From NCBI GenBank assembly GCA_002790835.1, contig PFVX01000059.1, positions 723 to 64,722 on the forward strand: 64,000 nt of DNA, read 5' to 3'. Made by a program: the position numbers and the translations under genes. Source of the DNA: a bacterium CG_4_9_14_3_um_filter_65_15. Lineage in GTDB: Bacteria > Krumholzibacteriota > Krumholzibacteriia > LZORAL124-64-63. The notes under the pieces are model-generated. The model made no database searches. It had not been told where the DNA came from and saw nothing but the letters and a program-made list of their open reading frames with translations. Shown piece by piece: positions 9,441-17,642 of the stretch; within the stretch, counting starts at the first letter, position 1; every line of letters starts with the position of its first letter.

Positions 9441-10397
9441 TTATTCCGCCGGCACGATCCGGGTGCCGGCACGGCCCTCGATGGCGGCGGCGAGGTTCTC
9501 CGGAGAGGTGATCACGACCTCGCGGCCGCCCGCAGCCAGGAAAGACAGGGCGGCCTCGACCTTGGGGCCCATGCTCCCGGCAGGGAACTCCCCGTCCGCG
9601 AGCATGGTCGCGGCGCGCTCCGCCGTCAATACCGGCAAGGCGACCTGGTCCGGAGTGCCGAACCCGGCAAAGACCACCTCCACCTGGGTGATGATCACCA
9701 GCGTATCGGCCCCGATGAGCCTGGCCAGCAGATCGCTCGCCCTGTCCTTGTCGATGACCGCATCGATCCCCTGCAGGTGGCCGTCCGCGTCCCGCACCAC
9801 GGGCACTCCACCTCCGCCGGTGGCGATGGTGAGCACGCCGCCCTCGACCAGGATCTTGATGGCGGGCCACTCCACCACTTCCCGCGGCATGGGGCTCGGC
9901 ACGACCCGCCTCCAGCCGCGACCTGCATCCTGGGCGAAACGCCAACCGTTCTCCCGCTCCAGGGCCCCGGCCTGCTGCTCGTCGTAGAAGGGACCGATGG
10001 GCTTGGTGGGCTTGTCGAAAGCGGGGTCGTCGGCGTCCACCCTGACCTGCGTGACGACGGTTGCCACGGGCATATCCAGCCCTTCGTCCCGCAGGGCGTT
10101 GGACAGGACCTGCTGGATCATGAAACCCAGACCACCCTGACTGTCGGCGCCGCACAGGAACAGGGGCATGTCCGGAATGCCGTGCAGGGCCTGGCCGGCG
10201 TCATTGCGCAACACGATGTTGCCCACCACCGGCCCGTTGCCGTGGGTCATGACCACCTGGTGCCCGGCCGCAGCAAGCCGGGCCACCTGGACCATGGTCC
10301 CGTGGGTGATGGCAACCTGCTGCTGGTAGGTGCCTTCCTGACCTTCGGGAATAATGGCATTGCCGCCCAACGCTATCACGAAGCGTCGGGTGGTCAC
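9441..10397 (-). CDS. arcC: Carbamate kinase
   Basis: VIALGGNA, THGNGPVVG, KPTKPIGPFY, GRGWRRVVPSP, GGGGVPV, AVIDKD, GSMGPKVEAA; GTG start overlaps the upstream stop (GTGA). Confidence 0.93.
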   Translation of the reverse strand: MTTRRFVIALGGNAIIPEGQEGTYQQQVAITHGTMVQVARLAAAGHQVVMTHGNGPVVGNIVLRNDAGQALHGIPDMPLFLCGADSQGGLGFMIQQVLSNALRDEGLDMPVATVVTQVRVDADDPAFDKPTKPIGPFYDEQQAGALERENGWRFAQDAGRGWRRVVPSPMPREVVEWPAIKILVEGGVLTIATGGGGVPVVRDADGHLQGIDAVIDKDRASDLLARLIGADTLVIITQVEVVFAGFGTPDQVALPVLTAERAATMLADGEFPAGSMGPKVEAALSFLAAGGREVVITSPENLAAAIEGRAGTRIVPAE

Positions 10398-11560
10398 GGT
10401 CGAACCGCCTCCACGAACTCGGCGAATCGCGTCAGGGCCTTGCGGATGTTCTCCTGGCTGTTGGCATAGCTGAAGCGCAGGTAGCCCTCGCCGTACTTGC
10501 CGAACGAGGTGCCCGCCAGCGCAGCGACGTTGAATTCGTTCAACAGCCGGTTCTCGACTTCCTTGCTGGTCAGACCCAGAGACGAGACGTTGGGGAACAC
10601 GTAGAACGCCCCGCGCGGCCGCTTGCAACTGATGCCCTCGATGGCGTTGAGTCCGTCGACGAGCAGGTCGCGCCGGACCTTGAACTCGGCGACCATGGCC
10701 TGGGCTGCATCCTGGGGCCCGGTCAGGGCCTCGGCTCCGGCGATCTGGGTGAACGACGCGGTGCAGCTCGTGCAGTTGGTCTGCAGCTTGGCCACCCCAT
10801 TGGCCAGTTCCGCCGGCATGATGCCGTAGCCCAGGCGCCACCCGGTCATGGCGTAGGTCTTGGAGTGGCCGTCGAGGATGATGGTCCGCTCCAGCATGCC
10901 CGGCCGGGTCGAGATGGACTCGTGGTTTCCTTCGTAGACGATCTTGCTGTAGATCTCGTCGCTCAGGACCCAGAAGTCGTACTCCACCGCCAGCTCGGCA
11001 ATGGCGTCCAGGTCGGCGGCGGACAGAACACCACCGGTGGGATTCTGGGGTGAATTGATGATCAGCATTTTCGTCTTTTCACTGACGAGGGACTTGAGGT
11101 CTTCGATGTCGAAGCTGAAGTCCTTCTCCTCGGACAGCGGAAGGGGCACGGGTATGCCGTCGAGGAACCGGATCACCGATTCGTAGATGGGGAATCCCGG
11201 ATTGGGATAGATGACCTCGTCCCCCGGGTCCACCAGGGCGGTCAACGGGAAGTAGATGACGGGCTTGCCGCCCGGCACGATGACCACGTTTTCCGGTCCC
11301 ACGTCGATGCCGCGATCGCGGGCGATGTACTCCGCAAAGACCTTGCGCACCTCGGGCAGGCCGGCGGAGGGACCGTAGTGGGTATATCCGGAACGCAAGG
11401 CTTCGACAGCCTTGTCGATGATGTTGGCCGGGGTGTCGAAGTCCGGTTCTCCGATTTCCAGATGAACCACATCCCGCCCTTGGGCCTCCAGGGCCTTGGC
11501 CCGGGCCAGGACCTCGAACGCCGTTTCGGTCCCCAGGTTCTGCATGCGTTTGGCGAACAT
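10394..11560 (-). CDS. PLP-dependent aminotransferase class I/II (aspartate aminotransferase-like)
   Basis: LEIGEPDFDTP, INSPQNPTGGV, LSDEIY, GHSKTYAMTGWRLGY, GAFY, YLRFSYA. Confidence 0.93.
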   Translation of the reverse strand: MFAKRMQNLGTETAFEVLARAKALEAQGRDVVHLEIGEPDFDTPANIIDKAVEALRSGYTHYGPSAGLPEVRKVFAEYIARDRGIDVGPENVVIVPGGKPVIYFPLTALVDPGDEVIYPNPGFPIYESVIRFLDGIPVPLPLSEEKDFSFDIEDLKSLVSEKTKMLIINSPQNPTGGVLSAADLDAIAELAVEYDFWVLSDEIYSKIVYEGNHESISTRPGMLERTIILDGHSKTYAMTGWRLGYGIMPAELANGVAKLQTNCTSCTASFTQIAGAEALTGPQDAAQAMVAEFKVRRDLLVDGLNAIEGISCKRPRGAFYVFPNVSSLGLTSKEVENRLLNEFNVAALAGTSFGKYGEGYLRFSYANSQENIRKALTRFAEFVEAVRP

Positions 11561-11652
11561 CACCATCTCCCTTGCTTCCAGGGCCGGAGCACAATTGCCG
11601 GTCCCTGCCGCTGCGGCGACAACCGGCCGCAAACCTTTGAATTCTTTGCTCA

Positions 11653-11681
11653 AACCTAGATTGCGGAGGTAGGCAAGTCAA
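11653..11681 (-). promoter_or_regulatory. Sigma70-type promoter (TTGACT-N17-TAGGTT) upstream of the aminotransferase
   Basis: Hexamers read directly in the intergenic gap; the -35 is preceded by CCGG. Confidence 0.55.
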
Positions 11682-11686
11682 CCGGA

Positions 11687-13480
11687 TCAGCCAAGGGTTT
11701 CCAGGTATTTTTCGATCTCCCGGATGACTTCCTTGCGAATCCCGGCGCGGTCCAGGGACAGACGCTTGAGGTCGATCTTCGAGATGTACTTCACATGGAT
11801 GAATTTGCGCAGGATCTTGACCGAAACATTGACCGGACTGCGCAGGCAGGCCAGGGCGACCCCACGGTTGGCAAACCCGGTATGCAGGGTCCGATCCACC
11901 GAGATAACCTCGATCACCCGGGGGTTGCGGGTCCGCATCGCCACCGATTCGACCAGGCCGGGGATGCCCACGAATTTGGGGTTGCGCAGGAAGCCCAGGA
12001 CCAAGCTGGTGGACTGGATGTTGGCGAGAACCAGATTCTTCATGGCGGAGGCGGCCATGTCGGCGTTGGGTTCGACCTCCTCCTCGTCTCCGGCTTCCTC
12101 GGCATCCTTGTCGGCCTTGCGCAATGCCGGCAGGATGGAGGCCAGCAGGGGGTCATGGTCCTGCGGTGTGGGCAGGAAATTGGGCCATGGGGGGAAGTCC
12201 GAGCCCGCTTCAGGCAACACCACCACGAGCTGACCCACCAGGATCTCCACTCCGCCCAAGGGCCAACCCGCCGGTCCGGGCAACGGACAACCGACCCGCG
12301 TATCCCGTCCGTGCGCCTCCTGGAGTTGCGTGGTGACCTGAGGCAGGATTTCCGCCGGTACCTGCAACGCCAATTCACCCGTGGCATGGTGGCCCAAGAT
12401 CAACCGGCAAGCGTCCAGCAGATCCAACTCCTGGCGATCGCCACCCTCCCCCTGCAGAATCTGCCCCACACTCATCAGCCGGGCGGCACCGTAGGCAAGG
12501 GCGTGAACCGGCAGCGGGTTTTCCTGTTGCAGCTGGAGCAGGCCGGCCAGCGGTTTGAGACCGGCATCCTCATTCAGGCAACGATTCAGCCGGCTGAATT
12601 CATTGGCCTCAAGGATCGTCAAGGCCCGTAGCCGGGGATGAGTGAAGGCCTCTTCCAGCTGGCCTTCTCCAACCAACTGCACCAGGTGGCGCAGGTCGCG
12701 GATTTCGGCGTCCGCACGACTGAGGATGGGCAGCAAGCGCGTGATGGCCGCCACCCGAAAGGGATCGACAGTTCCGGCCAGATGGCTGATGCGCTCCTGC
12801 CAGGCATCAACCTCCAGCCGAACCAGGTCCGTGAACAGCCCGAGTTCCTCGGCTTCCAGTCTACTCCCCGCACCGGCTCGGTCGATGAAGCTGCTGGTTA
12901 CGGAACGCAGGATACCCCATGGCACCTCCCATCCGGGAAGCTCCGGCGAACGTTCCGGTTGCCGGCCCTCACGCGCGAACTTGTCGCGGCAGCGGGTCTG
13001 CAAGCCTTCGAGGCGGTCCAGCCAATCCTGCAGCATGGCGCCCGGCCGATCTTCCCCGGCCAGACGGCTCAGCCACAACCGGCGACTGCAGGACATGGCG
13101 CGAACCAGCGGCAACAGCCGCGCCGCCGGTGAAACGACCTCAAGCATTGCCGCAAGCAGACGGGCACCGGCTGGATCTCCGGCCTCGGCCAGGGTTTGCA
13201 CCCCGTGAAGGATCTCGCTCGCTCTGCCGCTGGATAGTTGTTTGCGCAGGGATTCGAAAAGAGCCACACCCAGGGCCGTACTTGCGGTAGTCCCCAGGGC
13301 CAGTTCACGCAATTGGTCCAGAAGATCGCCCGCAGGGTCGTCCCTTGCAGGACGCTCCTTGGCGCCGAACCACAATTCAACCGCTGAATCCGCACCGGTT
13401 TGCAAGGAAGCCTCCAGGAACAGTTTGCCACATGGATACAGGATTCTATCGGCCATTGAGACTTGAACTTGAACGAGCAC
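11687..13480 (-). CDS. Hypothetical alpha-helical protein with a conserved-looking C-terminal domain
   Basis: 597-aa ORF filling the gap between neighbours; acidic linker followed by a C-terminal domain (RNPKF...ACLRSPVNVSVKILRKFI...DLKRL). Confidence 0.75.
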   Translation of the reverse strand: MLVQVQVSMADRILYPCGKLFLEASLQTGADSAVELWFGAKERPARDDPAGDLLDQLRELALGTTASTALGVALFESLRKQLSSGRASEILHGVQTLAEAGDPAGARLLAAMLEVVSPAARLLPLVRAMSCSRRLWLSRLAGEDRPGAMLQDWLDRLEGLQTRCRDKFAREGRQPERSPELPGWEVPWGILRSVTSSFIDRAGAGSRLEAEELGLFTDLVRLEVDAWQERISHLAGTVDPFRVAAITRLLPILSRADAEIRDLRHLVQLVGEGQLEEAFTHPRLRALTILEANEFSRLNRCLNEDAGLKPLAGLLQLQQENPLPVHALAYGAARLMSVGQILQGEGGDRQELDLLDACRLILGHHATGELALQVPAEILPQVTTQLQEAHGRDTRVGCPLPGPAGWPLGGVEILVGQLVVVLPEAGSDFPPWPNFLPTPQDHDPLLASILPALRKADKDAEEAGDEEEVEPNADMAASAMKNLVLANIQSTSLVLGFLRNPKFVGIPGLVESVAMRTRNPRVIEVISVDRTLHTGFANRGVALACLRSPVNVSVKILRKFIHVKYISKIDLKRLSLDRAGIRKEVIREIEKYLETLG

Positions 13481-13482
13481 AA

Positions 13483-15066
13483 CTACCAGCGCAGAGCCAA
13501 ATCTCCCCAGGCCTCCCAGCTGGTCCCTGTGGCCGGCACAGAGGGGGCGGGATCACGGACGGCGGTCCCCGCTTGAAATCGCCAGGATCCGATTTCCCGC
13601 CCCACACCGAGCATCCTCTGCTCCTGCCATTGGGACCAATGGCGCGGCAGGACGTAGCCTTGCAGGGGACTCAACGCACTGACCAGATCCACCCCGTCGC
13701 CCCAGGCCAGATCCCACTGGCCACGCAGGATCCAGTGAGTCCCCGGAGCATATTCCCCGCCGATGGTGAAGAGAAAGCGGACACCGCCCTCCCCGGATCC
13801 CGCCAGTTCGCGCGCATGCAATCCCAGGTGCAGGCTCCTCGCCGACCACTTCCTGCGCATCACCGCAGCCAGGGTGGTGACCGTCTCCACCGGGCCATCC
13901 TGCGGTGGCAACCAGGGCCAGCGGGAAAACCGTAACGATTCCCGCTCCCCCTGCCGTCGCCAGCGCAGCTGCATGCGCCAGTCGGATGCCATGCGATGGG
14001 TCCAGAGCGCGTCCCACAGCAGCCGGGACCGTCGCCCGGCGCCCTCCGGGAGTTCCGTGCTGCCCGCGCTGACCAGGGTCTTCAATGTCGATCCCGGCTG
14101 CAGGGTCGTCACCAGGCGCAGCGACCACCCCCCACCCTCCCAACCACCCAGCCACGAGGGCCGCACAGCAAGGCTGGATGGCTCACCGCCCCGGGCCCAC
14201 CCGGCTGCACCCTCGATCAGGCAACGAGGGTTCACCTGCAGGCGAACCCAACCGGAGAAGCCCCGTCCTCCCGGTCGGTCCAACCGACCGACCGCCTCCC
14301 CGGAGGCGGAAACACGCGCATCCGACCAGGACATGGCCACGCTCCCACTCCAACCTTCTTCGTCCTGAGCGACCAGAACCGAGGCGGCAGTCGCCGTGGT
14401 CGGATCTGCCGTGGAGAGGCGCACCAGTTGGAATCGAGGAGAGATGCTGGACGACGAGCGGGATGGTTGCCCCACAAGACACTCCATCCGGGTGCCCATC
14501 ACGACCAACCCGGCGCCGAAACCCTGCAGCGCTCCCCCCGACGGAGCATGGGGCCATGCCCGGAGTCCTCGACCGGTCGCACCCAGGGATTGATCGGCCG
14601 ACCCTGTGGACCGTCGTCCAGGTCTTCCCGACAGCAGGCCGTGGCCCTGGGACATGGCGGCATCCCCGATCATCAATGACGACCGGGAGGTCTCCCGGGA
14701 CAACGACCCATACCAGGGAGCCGCCGCGCAACCATCGCGGCCACGGCGAGCGCGAAAATCGACCCCCCGCCAGGTCAGATCCGCCCTCACGGTACCGGGG
14801 CCCAGGCAAGATTCCGAAGCTCCTTGGCGCCACTGCAGGAAACCCCTGCCGAAATCCCAACCGCCCCCGAGAAGCTGGGCGGTTTCATCTTCCGTCAAGG
14901 GGCTGCCGGCAGCTTCCAGTTCGGCCAATGCGCTTTCCAGATCCGCCTGGACCGCATCCTCCCCGGGAGCAGGTGGTGCGGTCTGGGCTCCCGAGACCGC
15001 GGCAGCCGCAAACACCACCAAGGCCACGGCCAGCGACCTTGCCCCTAGAGACGGCAATTTTGCCAC
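13483..15066 (-). CDS. Putative outer-membrane beta-barrel protein (resembles barrel proteins that normally carry a ComEA-like HhH domain)
   Basis: Signal peptide, acidic N-terminal helix, many amphipathic Gly/Trp/Arg-rich strands, C-terminal Trp (WGDLALRW). Confidence 0.6.
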   Translation of the reverse strand: MAKLPSLGARSLAVALVVFAAAAVSGAQTAPPAPGEDAVQADLESALAELEAAGSPLTEDETAQLLGGGWDFGRGFLQWRQGASESCLGPGTVRADLTWRGVDFRARRGRDGCAAAPWYGSLSRETSRSSLMIGDAAMSQGHGLLSGRPGRRSTGSADQSLGATGRGLRAWPHAPSGGALQGFGAGLVVMGTRMECLVGQPSRSSSSISPRFQLVRLSTADPTTATAASVLVAQDEEGWSGSVAMSWSDARVSASGEAVGRLDRPGGRGFSGWVRLQVNPRCLIEGAAGWARGGEPSSLAVRPSWLGGWEGGGWSLRLVTTLQPGSTLKTLVSAGSTELPEGAGRRSRLLWDALWTHRMASDWRMQLRWRRQGERESLRFSRWPWLPPQDGPVETVTTLAAVMRRKWSARSLHLGLHARELAGSGEGGVRFLFTIGGEYAPGTHWILRGQWDLAWGDGVDLVSALSPLQGYVLPRHWSQWQEQRMLGVGREIGSWRFQAGTAVRDPAPSVPATGTSWEAWGDLALRW

Positions 15067-15881
15067 CCGCCGATGATCACCATGAGTCGGTGGGTGACAC
15101 CCAGAACCGGATGGACGCGATGCGAAGTCAGGACCAGAACCGGCCCGCGAGCGGCGCAGATGCCGGGACCCATGGCGCCGGAAACGGCGTCCAGGCTCAA
15201 GGTGAATGCCAACCCCCTCCCGTTGCCCAGCGCCAGTTCGACCCCCGTTCGCGGCCCTCCGCCGCGGCCTCGGTCCACCGCAACCGCCAGGCTCCGCGCG
15301 CCGGAGGTCAACACCACCGCCGCCAAGGGTCGGGGGCCCGGGTCAGAATCTCCACCCGACCCGCTTCCTCGGGGAGACCAGAACACTTCCCCATGCAGGG
15401 TTGAGTCGTTGCTCCAGTGGAAACTCTGGAAACCGTGCCACCCCCACCACATGCTCTGCGGCAGAGTTTGACCGTCAACTGAACCGCCTCGCCTCTCCAC
15501 CAGCCAACCGAACCCGAAGCGACCTTCCCAGGCAATCTCCGCGCCCCAGGACGACTCCTGGACCGGCCAGTTGCCCACGGTTTCCCGGTTCACTCTGACC
15601 CACCCCCTCCCGGATCCCAGCCTCCGGGAGGCGCCGGCAGCCAAAAATCGAACCGGCAGATCGGGCAGGCCGTACAGCAGGGATCCCCCAGCCGCCAACC
15701 AAGTCCCTTGCTTCCGGATCGCGGGTTCTGCGCCATCGGGTGTAATGAGCGGGGCAAGTTGGACCGGGGAATGCAGCCACCCGGCGGTCAGATGACCGGC
15801 CCGGGTCGCCGCCGGATGCAGCCAAACCAACAGCAGCAGGATCGGCCAACGTTGGGTAGAGGTTCTGCCGAGGCGGGTCAT
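15045..15881 (-). CDS. Putative small outer-membrane beta-barrel protein
   Basis: ATG 15881 overlaps the upstream stop (ATGA); signal-like N-terminus; amphipathic strands; HPVLGVTHRL near the C-terminus. Confidence 0.55.
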   Translation of the reverse strand: MTRLGRTSTQRWPILLLLVWLHPAATRAGHLTAGWLHSPVQLAPLITPDGAEPAIRKQGTWLAAGGSLLYGLPDLPVRFLAAGASRRLGSGRGWVRVNRETVGNWPVQESSWGAEIAWEGRFGFGWLVERRGGSVDGQTLPQSMWWGWHGFQSFHWSNDSTLHGEVFWSPRGSGSGGDSDPGPRPLAAVVLTSGARSLAVAVDRGRGGGPRTGVELALGNGRGLAFTLSLDAVSGAMGPGICAARGPVLVLTSHRVHPVLGVTHRLMVIIGGWQNCRL

Positions 15882-17596
15882 CGGACACCCACCACCGTGC
15901 GGGCGCGGGACAGGGTTTGCCCCCGATCCGATTGCAGCTCTCCGACGACGATGTACCCACCCGCCGCCACCTGCATGCCGGCATCGTCGTCGCCGAACCA
16001 GTGGCACAGCCGGCTTCCGGGCCCGGCCCCATCGCCACCGACCGTCCGCACCTGCTCACCCCAAAGATTGAATACCCGCAGGGTGAATCCCGCAGCCGTC
16101 GCCGGAATTGTGACCGCCACTTCCAGGACCAGCGGCCCCTGCCGCCGGTCCAGCACGCGGTCGGGGAGGAACATCCAATCCCCGCCCCGGGCAGCGGATA
16201 TCTCCCGCGGGGCACAGCCGGGCGATCCGCCCGACCCGGTGGCGCAGGGTCTCCAGAATGACTCCGTTCCTCCCCCGGGAAGGGCCAGCGATGTCCGTTC
16301 CACCGATCGCCCATCCTCCGGCAGGGGAACTCCCCCATCGCCCCCTCCGGATGCCAGCAGCTTCAGATGGTCGATCACTCCCAGGCTGTCGGCCAGCCAG
16401 AGGCGGTCACAATAATCCCGTGTCTGCGGAGGGGAGTTGTTCAGGGCTGGCCAAGCCGCCAGTTCGACCAGCAAAGGAGCCTCAGGGCAGGCCTCGAGCA
16501 GAGGGTCCCCGTGGGCCCGGTTTTCCCGGTACCACGCACCGAGGGAAACCGTATCGGCGGCCAGGACGACGAGTTCTCCCGGCCCCAGCCATTGGGGAGA
16601 CAAGTCCCTCCACCCGCCGTCCTCATCCCGGATCCGATATTCGGCGAGGGACACGGGTTGCGGTCCCGTGCAAGCCAGTTCGATCCATTCCCCCTCACCC
16701 TGGTCCGGGGCCGCCTGCACCTCATTGAGTTCCAGTTCTCCGCGTCCCACCTGCAATCGGCCCAGGGTCACCACCAGGGAATCGGGATCCCCTCCGGTCG
16801 GGGCGATCACCCTCAGAGCCGGACGCCCGGGACCGTCCGGCTGGATTTCCCAGCGCACCAGCCGCTTGGCGTCTGCGGGAAACCCCGCCACCGAAGCCTC
16901 GAAACGTCGCCCGCCGAGATCAAGCAACAGCACTTCGGTCTGCAGATCCCTCAGACCGGTGTTGTGGAGATCGGCGCTGACCGTGACCCGGTCATGCGGC
17001 CGTGCGGTGGGGGGTTCGCAGCCCCAGTCCTGGATCTCCAGAGCATACTGGGGAAAGTTGGTGAAGCCGGGTGACGCCGCAGCCGCCAGGAAATCCGCTC
17101 CGTTGTCACCGCTGTCCCTGCCGTCGGGTCTGCGGGCCAGCGACAGGCCACTGGCGGCGGCCACCGGACTACCCTCAAAGAAATCCGGTCCGGTCAGCTC
17201 GCCGTAACCCACCAGGTCCAGAACCTCGCTCCCGATGACGAGGCGCACCGCATCGGGACCGTTCTGCAGGGAAAGCCGAACCTGACCGTCTCCTGCGGAG
17301 GGACCCGGCCAATTGGTGTCAACGAGGAGAAAGTAACCGAGCGCGCAGATGCTGTCGGTACCCGTGGCGGTCCACCGGGTTTGCCAGGAAGGCTGGAGAT
17401 CGGCTCCGTTGGCGAACTGGAATTCCACACCCGCCAGGGATACCGCATGGTCTGCCGTGTTGAACAGCTCGACGAATTCGTGTCCGGCGTCGCTCCCCGG
17501 AGGATCGGGCAGGAGCTCGTTGATGACGATCCCGGCCCTGGCCGCGCCACAAACCGACATCCAACACAACAGCAACCAGCGGCACGTCCGGCGCAA
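15878..17596 (-). CDS. Lamin-tail-domain (LTD) protein with C-terminal FlgD-Ig/T9SS-like domain
   Basis: Two LTD repeats (IVINELLPDPPGSDAGHEFVELFN; LELNEVQAAPDQGEGEWIEL) and a CTD (LRVFNLWGEQVRT...WFGDDDAGMQVAAGGYIV...VGVR). Confidence 0.8.
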   Translation of the reverse strand: MRRTCRWLLLCWMSVCGAARAGIVINELLPDPPGSDAGHEFVELFNTADHAVSLAGVEFQFANGADLQPSWQTRWTATGTDSICALGYFLLVDTNWPGPSAGDGQVRLSLQNGPDAVRLVIGSEVLDLVGYGELTGPDFFEGSPVAAASGLSLARRPDGRDSGDNGADFLAAAASPGFTNFPQYALEIQDWGCEPPTARPHDRVTVSADLHNTGLRDLQTEVLLLDLGGRRFEASVAGFPADAKRLVRWEIQPDGPGRPALRVIAPTGGDPDSLVVTLGRLQVGRGELELNEVQAAPDQGEGEWIELACTGPQPVSLAEYRIRDEDGGWRDLSPQWLGPGELVVLAADTVSLGAWYRENRAHGDPLLEACPEAPLLVELAAWPALNNSPPQTRDYCDRLWLADSLGVIDHLKLLASGGGDGGVPLPEDGRSVERTSLALPGGGTESFWRPCATGSGGSPGCAPREISAARGGDWMFLPDRVLDRRQGPLVLEVAVTIPATAAGFTLRVFNLWGEQVRTVGGDGAGPGSRLCHWFGDDDAGMQVAAGGYIVVGELQSDRGQTLSRARTVVGVR

Positions 17597-17642
17597 GAGG
17601 GACCAATAGTTTCCGGGAGAGGACCAGAATACTCGTCAGTGA

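Noticed and set aside
8023-10155. 710-aa extended PurD in the ORF track
   Set aside because: The extension overlaps arcC in another frame; the real start is MNVLVVGSGG at 9345.
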